A stretch of DNA of 56,607 bases, filler included, from Platydemus manokwari (taxonomy: Eukaryota), in the NCBI GenBank assembly GCA_037951405.1. It is 5 parts of 5 records of this genome, joined end to end, with 100 filler letters (N's around TTAATTAATTAA, not from the genome) between each part and the next. Parts side by side here need not be neighbours in the genome. Positions count along the whole stretch, not along the records: positions 9,646 to 25,454 come from JBBMOY011236986.1; positions 25,555 to 35,414 come from JBBMOY011195988.1; 3 more parts are not named here. One strand, written 5' to 3'. Shown piece after piece: positions 13,341 to 26,725 of the stretch. Every line of letters starts with the position of its first letter. The first letter of the stretch is position 1. A model generated the notes under the pieces. That model searched no databases, was not told where the DNA came from, and saw only the letters and a program-made list of their open reading frames with translations. The translations under genes and the position numbers were made by a program.

Positions 13341-15224
13341 TGCTCCTTTTTCCTAAATCTGATTCCTTACACTATATTGATTCGCACTGAATTAACCATC
13401 AACTAATTTTGATTACAAAATTATATTTATCATTACAGCTTCACAAAATATTGATCACCCAGGTACAATACTGATTAAAAAATAATTGTCTTTAAGTTCA
13501 TAATCGAGGACACAATGCTAAACTTCCATTGAAATACCTGCATAAGTACCACTGGTTGATATCAAGAATTACTTTAGTAGCACAAGCCGTCTCTTACAAT
13601 ACTAGTGAGTTATCTACTTACTCAAACCAAAAATGCTTCTGAGATACGCAGAATTTACGCTGCAGTACTTGTTGCAAAATGAACAACTCCAAATAATACT
13701 TTAATTGATTATTTCGACTTATTAAATGGTGATTCTAAAGAGTTTTCCCCCTTCTTTAAACATTAATTTTCATTGGACACTCATCTCATATGCCACCCAT
13801 TCATGTGTTCTTATTCAAAATGAACATTACTATTAACAATTGCAAACTTCTTGTTTTACATTTTGGCTACTTAATGTAATTAATAATAAAATTAGAATTA
13901 TTAAATGTCATTTTAATAAAATTATGTTGCATGTTTTTTTCTGATTATATTACTTATACTACGATAATACTCTAATTTTCTGTCTTATCAGAGACAGTTC
14001 ATTGTATTAGCATTAAATTTACGAAAGGATTAAGTGAAACCTTTTCAAATTAAGTTTATTCGCTTTTCTTCAATGAACGCAATGATATTTTTGAAGAGTT
14101 TATTTTTTCAAATTAACAGATTACTCATAAAATATAAGTAGTGAACAAAGTCTATCTTGTAAAAATGATTACTAAGATTTAACAAGCATCATTGATGATG
14201 ACAAAAAATCAGCCAACTGTTTATATGTTCCGATCAACGTCGTAAAAGTCGCCCGTGTTCTAAAAGAATCAAAGATTAATAATCCATGAGAAAATTTTGT
14301 ATCGAAATGTAAAATGAAGTTCTAATTAACGTTATAATCGATATCAGTGAAATGCTTAAATTTTAATACTTAAAGTTTATCACAAAGACATCGTTCTTTG
14401 AGTACAAAGTCTCATGGAAGTCATATGGACCTTGATTTTGAATCCAACATTGAAAAAAATATCAAATATGGAGTCATTTAATATTATTCTTTTAAAATAT
14501 AATTGGTCCCCCAAATATGAATGTCTAACATTCATTTAATTTCTTGAAAAGTCCCTCATTTAATCTCAATCAAAACTAAATGCTCAATCCAATAATTATT
14601 GTATTGTTAGTACATTTTGGGAACATTGCGAATTTTAAGAATTATTATTATTTCGAGTCTATGAGAGACATATTAATGGAATTCAATTAATTATGTGGGC
14701 TAGTATTGTGATAATTGACAAACCTAACAATTAGCTCATAAAATAACAAATGAGTGTACTGATCCATGTATCGAATTGAGAGAGATATTGAAACAGAGAA
14801 AAAAAACTAAAAAACATATCCTTTCATTTTGAAATCATATAAATTATTTAGATAATTAGATTTTTGCTTTGAGTAGCTAAGTGTGATCAAAGAGCTTTAT
14901 AAATTACATTCATCAGTTACAGTAATTTATTTAGAAGATATTCACGCCAATATTGAAACCAGAATTCGATCGAAATTAGAAGCTGTACTTAATACAAACC
15001 AAAGAATTGAGTTGGTTGAAAAAAATATGTCCACTTATTTTTCGGTTGGCTACGTTATTAGCAATAGTTGATTGGAGATCATTGTTGGAAGTTATTTTGA
15101 GATATTTTTATAAATGATTTTCAAATTTTTTGTTTTATTTTGTTTAAATCAATTTTTATTACGATTAATTTCATAAAAATATTATAACCATCATTGATAC
15201 GGATCAATAACAAAGAAAATGTGA

Positions 15225-15227
<3 letters not shown>

Positions 15228-15281
<54 letters not shown>
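15228..15281. repeat. Compound (TA)n(TG)n microsatellite
   Basis: Read directly; explains spurious ORF 15194-15418. Confidence 0.95.
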
Positions 15282-18200
15282 AAGAAATCAATAACGGAGC
15301 TATATTAATATTTTATTTTCACTTAAAATACCGCAGCTTAGATTTTTCAAGTTTATCTATAACGTGTCTGGATTTTCAAAACGAAAGTCGTCACTCATTC
15401 TTAACTGAACTAAAATGAAGACGAAATTTGTAAAAAGTGAGAAAAAATATTAAGTTTATTTATTTCTTATCAATTTAAAATTACAAAAGAAATCAGAATT
15501 AATATTCTTAAGATATCAATCTCCCATTTTGTCAAGTTCTAGTTCTTTTATTAAAAAAAAGCAAAATTTACAATAATCTTACTAATATAATCTAATCGTA
15601 TTATTATTTCTATATTTTTGAGTTACGATACTGCTGATATTCATTGTAATCATTAATAATAATTTAGTCAAAAAATCCATATTGACACATTTTTTTTAAA
15701 GAGTTGGAAATGGAGATGTTTTCATATATGTGTGTGTGAAGAGACATTTGTAAATTGAATTTTTCCATGCTGGTGACTTATTAAGTTATTTCCATAAATT
15801 ATTTCATTGGATAATTTTTAAAATTATATTATAACAAGTTAAACTATCTAATTAGAATAACTCTAAAATAAAAAAAGCGGATAACAAACTCTGAAAATAA
15901 AAAATTAGCTTTTCTTATATCAGAATATTTTGTACCAGCTTCGGGATTTTATGCACTTGTTGAGTATATCATAAAACAGGTAAAATAATCCCGGAAATCA
16001 AGTAACACACATAGATTCTATAAGCGCATGTACCAATGGCTAATCAGTGCTTCCTATATATCAATTCCAGTAATTTTCTACTTGTATTCTTGGACCTCAA
16101 ACATATAATAAATACAAGTCTGGTGGACTAGATTATTATTAAATGTTTCATCTGAAAAGGAGATCAGACTATAATAAAATTATCTAATATTAATACAAAT
16201 TGTTCGGTTAAAAATAGGATAGAGTTAAGTTAAAAGCACTTTCCGTCATAATATTTATTTGAAAAACTACAATCAACCGCCAATCAACTATTTAAACAAA
16301 CACCATGTGTTTATTTATTTAATCACGTTACTCTTACATACCAGATATTCAAAACGTAACTGGCACACTACACAACACAGACCGTTTTATTTTTACAACA
16401 GATTACACGCATAACATACAAACATGTTCGTATACGATTCAGTCGGTTTTTCCAAAACATAAGGAATACACAACCTCTCAGAATTTGTGCAGTCAATCAG
16501 GTGAATTAACATATATTTTTAAAGAGACTGAATAAAAATTATTATAACGACGGATATGGACTATAGCATAATGGACTATAAATATCAACTCGACTGTAAT
16601 CATTACAAAAACACATGTAACAGATATGTACTAGAAGAATATAACAGGAACTCGAGGAACAGATTTTACGTGTTATTTAAATCAAAAATTTATTTTAATA
16701 AAATTAATAATAAAGATATGAAGAAGTTTTGTTACATATAACTGAATCGATAATTCAATTCAAGTAAATAACTCTAAAAATAAATCAGAACTTGAATAAA
16801 ATAACAATGAATAAATTTACATAGTTAAAATAGATATAGACATCAATATAATACATTGTTCACATATAAAACATATGTGTTGTCCACCACAATAAACAAT
16901 TATAGCTATTAGAGGCCGATTACAAAAACTATTATAATCAATTGTGTTGGTATATATCGGTAGAAATAAGAAAATATTTTCACGATTATACTGATTTACT
17001 GTAATCATTAATTGCTTATTGAATAAGAAGTAGTCGGTTTAACATCACCAAAAAAGGGCTTAGTCGTTCGTTGCAGTGTATATATAATTAAATAAAATGA
17101 ATGAATAGATATAATGATAATAAAATCAAAGGATGTATGGGTTTTCAAGCAAAAGTCAAAACTCTTAACGCCGACAACTTCAATGGTGCTATGAAGAAGA
17201 TGTAAATTGATAGAAATTCTACTAAACCATTCCTTTTTTGCACATGGTAGGGAATTCAGTTTTTTTGATTATATTCCTTAAGCCAATTAATTCGAATTAT
17301 TGATATACATTGTATACCACAATACATTGTATACCACTAGACTCATTTTATAAAGATGCATACTGAAGACCCTTGAGTTGTGGATCTTGTTTCTCTAAAA
17401 CGATGTAATCTTCACAGATGCATATCCGTCATTCAAGGTCATCCTTATTAAGCTGTTATCAAAGAAAAGTGATTAGTTTTGAGACTGAAGTTCATTTTAA
17501 TAATGCAATTAACTGAACATTTTGAAATGCAAGGATTTCGATGTTAGGTGCATTGATTAGGTTCATAATTCTAGTTTATTCAAATATCTCATTTAAAGAA
17601 CGACTTGATTTGAGATATATTGATATTAAAAATATTCACAAAGTCGGGTCACATCGGAACAAAAGTCTGTTAAATAAATATTTGACATTTAGATAACTTC
17701 CACAAACACATAAGTTAGTTCCAAAAGAATTGTTGTTTTATAAATTATACTTGGTTGAATCATCATGATGGACAAAATTGATTAACATTTATAATTTCTT
17801 AAAGCTTAGTATTTGGATTTATCGGATTACGTCACACAGCAATATATAGAAAATACAGCGAAAAATATAATTATAAATTTTATATTTATTATGATTAAAA
17901 TTTCTATAGATAGATATTATAATTAAGATACAAAACCAGAAAATATCATGGTTAATAAAAACAGGTTGGAAGTTAATTTAATCAAGATCGAAACACGGTT
18001 TGATGGAATTTTTGTTTTGGCGAAGTTGATGTAAATTAAATTGATGGTAACGATTTGTCGATAATTTGAATGATAAATTGGTATCGCAGCTAAAATCCGG
18101 GTATATTGTTGAAGTTAATTCTTTAATATCTGAACTTTGGTAGTGATTAAATCCAAGTTGACTCCTACTTTTATAGATAAATAAAATAATCAATTAAATA

Positions 18201-21200
18201 ATTACAATAATACAATTATAAATGAAACTGTCGTTGATTTTTCATGTTAGAGTTGTTATTCCTCGAAGGTAATAAACAACCCGATTTGGGTACTAATGCT
18301 ACTCAACTCTGGAGTAAAAAAGAATTCCGAACAAATGAAATTTAAACAATGTCAAGTATTCAATACAAATCTTCACAGGTTTATCAAAAAGTGACAATCA
18401 TCTTAAAGGACATTGTCACGAAATTAAATCATAATTAATTATTTATTATGGTGTTGTTGCAGTTTGACTTAGTTCTGTGTTGATTGGCTGAAATTCTGGA
18501 ATGTGTGAAGCTCCGAGTGCTTGAAACTTGATGTGATAAATATTTTGAATATGGAATTTTTTGAGCATTGCAAAACATTTTCATCTCTGATCTTTCATAT
18601 CCTGGTAATTTTGTGGGTTTTGAAGTGGTAAATATTTATTATATAACAAAAATATTTCTCTTTCTTAATTAGTAGTCAGTGGGAAATAACCTTTTGTTGT
18701 ACAATTCATTATGCTTAAGTCAAATTCGACAAGCACTTGAACTCATTGGTTCGGTGGGAACATACTTCAAAATCCTCAATCGCAGTTTCGCAATCATCAC
18801 GTAGTTCATCGAAAATCACGTAGTTCAATCTATAAAAATGAGAAATAATAACTGTTACAAATAAGAGGTTTTACACTGAATAATTTATTCAATACAATAA
18901 CGATGTTATATACATCATTTTATTATTAGTGATGTAATAACATCTTGGGAGGTTTATTGGATTGTAGCAACTGACAATTGCACAAATCAACATGCAATCA
19001 AACAACATGCACACATCATATATATCGCAATCACATTTCCATTTACGAATCTCCCTTACAATAACAAACAATAACAAAACTCATATTGTAGTATTTCGGT
19101 GTCATTTGTTCCTTTCTTGTTTTGAAATTACTTGTCTTTCGTTTTAATGTACCTGAGTACTTGTCTTATTTTTGATAAATGATATACTTGAGTACTTGAT
19201 ATGCTTTTATTTATAAGAGTTCATTAGTAAAATTATCGATCTAACAGAACTTGTATTTTAATCATTATGATTGGTAATGATGAATTAATAAGGGTTATCA
19301 TTATCTAAGAAGAAGATCCAACATCATTGTCAACCATTGGAACAATTTGGTATAAAATTTGTGAGCCATTTTCATTATAACTTTCAAAATCTGCGTGTAT
19401 TGCACGTTATATTTGATACCTTTTGTAAGTTAAGTATTCGTAAAATTTTTAAAAGCCAAGGGTTTTCGTGGTATTATAAACTTTGGGGTTGTTGAATTTC
19501 TGACAGAATTGATTTTCATCTACAGGTAATTATTTATGGAGTTTCGTACTCTTTATTCATGGTTTGAAGTGTAAATCTACACATCATAGCTTATGCGACC
19601 GATGGTGCATAAAACATGCGGTGCAACCTGGCAAGTATGAAAATCGAAAACAGCTCCAATATCCTTCCAACAAACTGCTTTGACAGTCTGTGATAATGTT
19701 GACGCTATTGGTGATATTATATTTGCAATATTAATAAAATAATATCTAAAAATAATATAACAACAATTTACAGATGCTTTTATTTCCCCGTTGTTATGTT
19801 AGCCTTTCACGTGTGAAATCATAAAAAACAATCGCTTAATGTTGCAGTTGAATTATCAGCTAAGTTTAATAAATTTTTATTTCTTAATAGGACATCTAGA
19901 AATGTTTGATCACAACTGATAAAATTATATTAAGTTTCTTCATTTGGACCTTTTTAATTCTATAGCCGAAACAATACATTCGCAAACATCAAGTTAATTT
20001 CGTTAATCGTAAATCTTAAAAAAATTTTGGAAAAATTTTAATTCTTCAATAAATTCAAGTTTTACCATACTAGGAAGCTTTAAACCACTGAAAGATATTT
20101 ATTTACAATTGTCATATTATTTTTATATAATTTGAGTGTCCTGAGTGGGGGCTAATCAGTTTATATAAATAAATAATGTTCTATTTTTTACAAAACTATT
20201 TATTTCTTCACCTATAAGATTAAATAAAAATATTAAATGACTCAAATCTGATAAGGCTTCTAATAAGCAAAGAAACCGATTTTTTAGTTGGAATTGAAGT
20301 TCTGATTCGAATTCAGACAAAAAGTTTGAAACAACTGCTCAGGAGAATCTCAGTCGAAATTTCACTTTACCTTCCTTACAAATTGAGAGAATCTTTAAGT
20401 CAAGAAAAATGTAGAAGTATCTTAAGTTCTTGTAATAAAACAACTGAATTTTTAACATAGATAGAAAAACAAAGTGCTGCTAGAGGTTAAATTTGCTATA
20501 AATCAAATAAAATAGTATTTAATATACGATAATTTTTTGGTAAATTTTTTATAATTAATCTTTAATGCAGTGATTTTCAATCATTTTATCTTTATTTAAA
20601 GACATCCAGTTCGTCGCAGAATCCGATGCCAGTCATGACAATGAAAGTAGGAATATATATGTGGAAAGAATATTCTGAAAGCGCGACCTCTTAAGAAATG
20701 CTTGATCGGATTAGGTCCGCTGTTTGCCATTCTCACGAGTGTCAAAGTCTTTTCTAGCCTTAGTTTAATAACCTTTATCTACGAACCTGAGACAATCAAC
20801 TAAAAATGATTTTTTGAAGGAAAAAGCGTACATGATGCTATCCTGCAGAAACCGTTGTAGCGACAGATGCAGTCCCAGTGCATTTCCTTGTGTCTAACTT
20901 GAACTGAGTTCTGCACAAGTGGCTCACAGCTCCCATATTCTACGATTGCGGATTATGTTAAACCTTTGATAAAACCACTGTTCCAACGAATAATTAAATT
21001 TGGATTTCACCATTAATGATTTCAATCAAAAACAAATCGGTTTTTTGAAGATTTTTCTTTTTCATGATTAAAAACATAATTGTGATATACATGACACATC
21101 GCAATAAATAATCAAAAGATAACCTTAAGGATATTGATGGAGAAATAACACAGACAAAACAAATACTCCAATAATCAATATCTTTCATTAAGCGATCTCT

Positions 21201-21839
21201 AGGAAACACACATAAAATGGAAATTTAAATTCAAGAAATCCAAATTAAAAAAATAACTTCCTCAAATAATAATAATATAAGAACGGAAAATGAAAAAGAA
21301 ACATCAAACATAATTTGTAATAATTTTTTGTTGTTTTATAAAATACGAGAAAACGCGGAAATTGGCAATAGTCGATATTATAAGAATCAAATAACAATCT
21401 CAATCTCTAATGAAATCTAATTACATATAACTTAATTTATACAGTGGATAGAAGAATTTGTTAATGAAAAAAATTTTGTCACAAATGTCGGATTTGAGTT
21501 AAAATTCATAATCTCTCACTACAATAAAAAAATCAATGAAATTATCAAATAAGCTGATTGAGTACATTTACACTGACAATCTCGTGTTGTGTAACTAATC
21601 AAATAATGATTCATCATGCACACGAGCACGCACGTAGACATTATCTACTTGGTTGATTTGTAGACATTACACTGAGTAGCCTTTCCATTGAGAATTGATT
21701 GTTCTAATCGATATGGTTATTACGTGTTCTATATTAATCTGTATAGTAATAAATACCAAAAATTGCAGTTTCTCCGAAGAAAAAATATCACATATCTACA
21801 TTATAATCAAAATAGATTTGCTATCCAATCGATGGTTGG

Positions 21840-23348
21840 CTAATGGTACGAATTCACAGATTCAACTACAATACATTGTAGATTTCTGGCGTTGGTTTTT
21901 ACGGTTTTTAATAACAAAATCAATTTTTCAAAATTGTCATTCGAACTTTCCGGTGATATTAATAGTTCTTTTGTGCTGTTGACCATAATTTTTAATGAAT
22001 TACAAAGATTATTTCCGTCCTGTTCAATTTTTTGATTCGGTATTGATTTGATTTGAGCATCAGTTAAATTTTTAGCTATACAAACCAATTGAGTAGCACT
22101 TCGAACGACAAATTTCGAATGGCTAATAACTGTATCCTTTGTAGGATTGATCGATGCTTGAGGTGGCAATATTTTAATGAAATCATCAACGGTTTCATTG
22201 ACATGTTCCGTTTGAGATTTCATTTGTTGACCAAACAATCTCATTATTTCTAACAGATTGGCTTTATCATTACTGGATTCTTCACATTTCTGAGACGACA
22301 TTAATAGCCTATTGTCATCGGGCTTTAAAAAGGCATAGGTCGATTGATCGGGAAACAAAACATTAGCATTACCAATGATTGTGACACTTAAAGATCGAAT
22401 GTTGATCAAGACGTTCCTCGATGCTGACACAACTTGAGTCAAACAATCTGCTCCTTCTCTAACAGCCAAACGGATACTAATAGCTATTCTATCTGGACTC
22501 CAATTCATCAACTCTAACTTTTCAATCGACTCCTTCACGGTAAATAAACCTTCTTGCAGTGGCTGTAAATGCTTCCAAATCTTTTTCGTCAAATCCAAAT
22601 CACCACACGTTTTGGAATTTTCCAAAATGGATGACGAAAAACTGTTGAGAGTCTGCAAATTCTGGAATAGATCTAAAAAGCTGACTTTTATCGATTTAAT
22701 TGTGACTTTAAGCATTTCTTCCGATTTCCATTTGGCTTTAGCGAATTCAATAACTTTATTACAGCTGGCAACAGTTTCCACTTGGTATTGTTTGAATTTG
22801 GAAATGGTTTCTTCTTGAGACAATCGAATAGGCTGAATGTTAGAAGGAATAAGCAGTTTTAGATCTCCAGATTCAGAACTACTCAAGGAAAGTTGATTAA
22901 AACTGTTCAACGACGATCCCACAGTGTCTGTGAAACTCGTTGAAGTAGCATCACTAAAAGAATCCGAATAATCTTGCCGATTGGTATAATATTCATTAGA
23001 TTTAGTGTTTTGAATCGATACTGGTCTGGAATCGGGATTTACATTCATAGCTGCTCCCGACGTTTCTGGAATGTTGAAATAAGTATTGGAATCTCTCCGA
23101 GTATCTCCAGAAGGCATCTGATAAATCATTTGTTCATCCCTCACATCTGAAGCTAATGATTTATCGATTAGAGGGCTGACGTAAAATTCCTCATTAGGAA
23201 CTTGATACACTGAATATTCGTCCTTTTTATTTGCTTGGGTAATTGTATTGGTTAAATTCGAATATGTATGGGGGCCAGTTGGTGGATCGGGTAATTCATC
23301 GTACAATGAATTGGACATTTGAGTTTTGTATTTTGGAGTGGCTTCAAT
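21840..23348 (-). CDS. bcar1: Cas-family (p130Cas/BCAR1/NEDD9-like) scaffold, exon 2: YxxP region, Ser-rich helical bundle, C-terminal FAT-like domain
   Basis: Acceptor tttatcaatag| at 23349 adds IEATPKYKTQ in frame to the 492-aa ORF. Motifs YQVP, YVSP, YQMP; Ser-rich tract; TVISHSKFVVRSATQLVCIAKNL resembles the Cas signature FVAHSKFVILSAHKLVFIGDTL. Confidence 0.9.
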   Translation of the reverse strand: MEATPKYKTQMSNSLYDELPDPPTGPHTYSNLTNTITQANKKDEYSVYQVPNEEFYVSPLIDKSLASDVRDEQMIYQMPSGDTRRDSNTYFNIPETSGAAMNVNPDSRPVSIQNTKSNEYYTNRQDYSDSFSDATSTSFTDTVGSSLNSFNQLSLSSSESGDLKLLIPSNIQPIRLSQEETISKFKQYQVETVASCNKVIEFAKAKWKSEEMLKVTIKSIKVSFLDLFQNLQTLNSFSSSILENSKTCGDLDLTKKIWKHLQPLQEGLFTVKESIEKLELMNWSPDRIAISIRLAVREGADCLTQVVSASRNVLINIRSLSVTIIGNANVLFPDQSTYAFLKPDDNRLLMSSQKCEESSNDKANLLEIMRLFGQQMKSQTEHVNETVDDFIKILPPQASINPTKDTVISHSKFVVRSATQLVCIAKNLTDAQIKSIPNQKIEQDGNNLCNSLKIMVNSTKELLISPESSNDNFEKLILLLKTVKTNARNLQCIVVESVNSYH

Positions 23349-23468
23349 CTATTGATAAAATTATTAAATAAATTATATATACATAATTTCTATTAGGTAA
23401 TGATAAATTTTGAAAGGTACTAAAAGTTATAGATCGATAAAATTTAAAAAGCTTTATGATGAACTCAC

Positions 23469-23690
23469 AAGGATTGGCATAGCTTCTAATCGATTTGCTG
23501 GTGCAAGCCCAATCATATTTCTCAATGAACAGATCCACCATTCCGGACTATTTTCGTATTTTTCTTGAAGTACCGTCAAAATATCTCCCCGTTTAAAAGA
23601 CAATTCTTGAGGCATTTCGGCGACATTGTCATACAGTGCACGGGCAAATCTCTGATGTAAAATAGTAATATCATGTTTTTGATTTGTCAT
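23469..23690 (-). CDS. bcar1: Cas-family scaffold, SH3 exon (5' end uncertain: ATG at 23690 or splice acceptor before 23651)
   Basis: ARALYDNVAEMPQELSFKRGDILTVL..WWICSL..GLAPANRL is the Cas-type SH3. Phase-0 donor CTT|gtgagt at 23468 gives a 120-nt intron in frame with exon 2. Confidence 0.92.
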
Positions 23691-24987
23691 ATATATGAAG
23701 AAAAATCGATAAGTTTTAGAATAATTCCTTTATATAGTCAAATTTCTCGATATCAATTGGTTAAAAATTTATAATGATAGAAATACGACCTTGAGTTGTA
23801 ACGAAGAAACTTGTTTTGTAAAATTCTCTACTGAAATCTGATTGGATCGAATATACCAGAAATCAAATGACTAATGCCAATAACTATTTGACAAAATTAC
23901 AATGGATTCAATTTCTAGAGTATATTTGATTCTAATTTGCTTTTATTTAAAGTTAAAATTTTCTAATTGTTTGGGCAAGATGAATATGAAATTCCTTTAA
24001 AAATAAATTTTTTATGATTAATCAATAAATTTTGTTACTAAAAATAGCATTACAAGTTTAATGATTTTGATAATTTTGTTGAAATTATCGATTTTACGTC
24101 AATAGCACACTATAGTGCAAATCTGTGATTAATCCGGTAATTCAACGAACCGATCGATATTCCAACGAATTATCCTTATTCATAACGAATGTATTAAGAA
24201 AATGTGAGGTGAATTTTCACTTAAATGTTTCAGATGATATTTTATAGTTTATCTAAGTGAATTACAATTTATTTTTTCAATTTTAAAAGGATAAACTTTA
24301 AAATTCTAAAAGTCTATATTACTATGGAGATTTTATTGTTCATGGAACAAACAATGATTTTGAAATTCTCATTCATTATTCTATACTTTCCATTTTTATC
24401 GACAAATAAGGCTCTTACAATTGGCATAACAGACATTATTTAGCACAGTACGACACAACCCAATAATAGGGAATTAAAATAAATCTTTCTTTTACAAAAC
24501 AAGTACAAACGAACTAATTTAAGCTCTAAGAAGCAAAATTTAAACCGTAAAAACATAAAGTATATTTATTGATCAATTCAGCTCGAATCAAAATAGTTAG
24601 ATTGTTTGCGATCAAATATTTCTCTGATAATTGGATTATATTTCATAGAATATTGAGATATTTCGAAAATAAAGGCGTGGTGTTTCACGCATTCTAACAA
24701 TATCATATTGTAAATCATAAATTCTTTTTTTGTTTAAACCTTATATTGCAGAATAAAATTACATTTTTTTATCAAGAAATCATATCCAACTTGAAGAACT
24801 CAAATTTTTATAAAATAAAACTATTATTTCCATTTCCTGAATTTAATAATCGTATCTCTGCTTTATCAAATCAATTTAAAGTCGATTAAAATACATATAA
24901 ACAAAGTTAATTTGATGAATGGAATATCTTTTCGTTCAACATAACCAGTATCACAAGAGAAAAATAACTAATATCGATTATTTTCCA

Positions 24988-25450
24988 ATGTCCGAATATA
25001 TTATTGATCGGTTTGGAGACCAAATCATCTCATAACGAGTAAAAAAAACTACGAAATTGTTAATGGTACGATCGATAGACTTCGATATATCTTACATTTT
25101 CAGTGTATGGTTCATTTATAAGTATCGTGGTTAATGGAAATACGTTGATCTTTGATACAATGCAATAAAAATTTCCCACTTAATATGTCATAATCTAGGT
25201 GTTCAATTCAATGACAAATAAGAATAAAAACTATTAAAGCCCCCCGAAATAACAAGTGTTTCACAAAATAAAATTACTTCTATATAAATTGAGTCATTCT
25301 CGCCAAATGTAGTAATTGTTCACAAACCGGAATATATTCAATATTTTATTAGATCATTCTACCTTATGAAACCAATATTTATGGCTTAAATTTAATGATT
25401 ATTTAATTGAAAATCACCACATCCATGTCTAGAGGAAGTTCTTTCAATTG
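24988..25450 (+). pseudogene. Decayed PIM-like Ser/Thr kinase relic
   Basis: One frame from 25108 gives, in kinase order, WFIY..YVDL*Y, ICHNLGVQFNDK*E*KLL, KPPEI and HPCLEEVL (cf. PIM CHNCGVLHRDIKDENIL, SPPE, RPTFEEI). Many stops and shortened spacing. Confidence 0.4.
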
Positions 25451-25454
25451 TTAT

Positions 25455-25554
25455 NNNNNNNNNNNNNNNNNNNNNNNNNNNNNNNNNNNNNNNNNNNNTT
25501 AATTAATTAANNNNNNNNNNNNNNNNNNNNNNNNNNNNNNNNNNNNNNNNNNNN
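25455..25554. other. Assembly gap with six-frame-stop linker
   Basis: 44 N + TTAATTAATTAA + 44 N. Confidence 0.98.
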
Positions 25555-25596
25555 ATAATTTGATGTGCAAAATATGATGATTTTACAAGCTATTAC

Positions 25597-26310
25597 TCTT
25601 ACGTGATCTGCTCTTCGGAATCGATAGTATTATTCAATACTCTTCCTATAAGAAATATAGGGCATATGCTGGAACAACGGCTGCAGAGAAATTGACGGCT
25701 TCGACGTCGATAATTAACTTCGAGTCTTCTTCACTGCACGTAATTGTTCTAGTGGTTTCCAACTAGGAACTAGGGCTTAGTGGTTTCACTAATAATAGGG
25801 CTTTTTCGAAGGCATATGATGTTTTACTGCCTTGTATATATATGGTTTTGGTCACAATGGGATTTTATTCGGGTTGAATAAAATATGCGGGTGGCTTTTA
25901 TTCTTTATTGTGACGAATTTTCACAATTCAATAGAATTTTCTTCTCTGCATTGGTTGCCATGCGGGTTTAATTGTTAAATATTATTTTAATGTAAGGGTA
26001 ATTTCGGAAAAATAGGTGTTTAGATAATTGGATTTTTTAGTCGTTGGGTTAAAAATGAAAATAATTTACTTATTTTCATTTTAATTAATTCTATTTTATC
26101 AATCTATTCTAAGTTTTTATCCAAATATTAACCAAATTTAATTATAAATTATTATCATATTAAAATATGATAAAAGGATTTTCTACTATTATTAACTTTA
26201 ACCGAAATACTTTAAAAATTTAATATTACAATTTACGAGAAAGATTTTCTTTTAAGCTATCTTGATTAAATATTATCATTATTCAACGACCAAGGTTTTT
26301 CCAATTAATT
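25597..26310 (+). repeat. Unclassified dispersed repeat, segment A, second copy
   Basis: Diverged homolog of 12234-12845. Confidence 0.85.
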
Positions 26311-26489
26311 TAAGGTTAAGGTTATTTTGTTTTCTTTCAACATAATAAACACAAAATAAAAAGGTAAGGTAATATTTCCACATCAAATTATTTACAAAAT
26401 AATAAAAAGTAATAGTATTATACACCAATATCATAAACATGCAAAGTTTCATAGTCTATTTTTCTCGGAACCTCAACAAGTTAAGATTC

Positions 26490-26725
26490 ATACATTTGTT
26501 GAGTGTTATAATCAACAATTAAACCTGATAATAATATTACCCAAAATGTTCTTAATCACAACAACGACAATTTAATATCTTTATTATCATCCAAACGTCA
26601 AGGACAGTATAAGAAGTAACAAAAAATACTGGTTACTGAAAATCACACAAAGTTAAGATTAAATACGCAATTTAACGACCAAGCAAGACTGGTAGTTAGT
26701 CGTGGAACTCAACCTCTTTAATAAA
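26490..26725 (+). repeat. Unclassified dispersed repeat, segment B, second copy
   Basis: Homolog of 1455-1680; ends near an AATAAA. Confidence 0.7.

Noticed and set aside
15194-15418. 74-aa ORF with YIYI/VCVC repeats
   Set aside because: Translation of a (TA)n(TG)n microsatellite.
17305-17337. Short tandem duplications (atacattgtataccac x2; also ~18796-18828, ~34534-34590, ~53814-53841)
   Set aside because: Two-copy local slippage with no array or spacer structure.
20600-20990. GC-richer block downstream of Cas as an additional exon or gene
   Set aside because: Minus-strand frames I translated are interrupted with no recognisable motif and the ORF track shows nothing here; probably a TE fragment.
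21695-22818. Plus-strand ORFs 21695-21982 and 22612-22818 (and 51044-51597 ORFs within PAK)
   Set aside because: Shadow frames of real coding exons, with no motifs.
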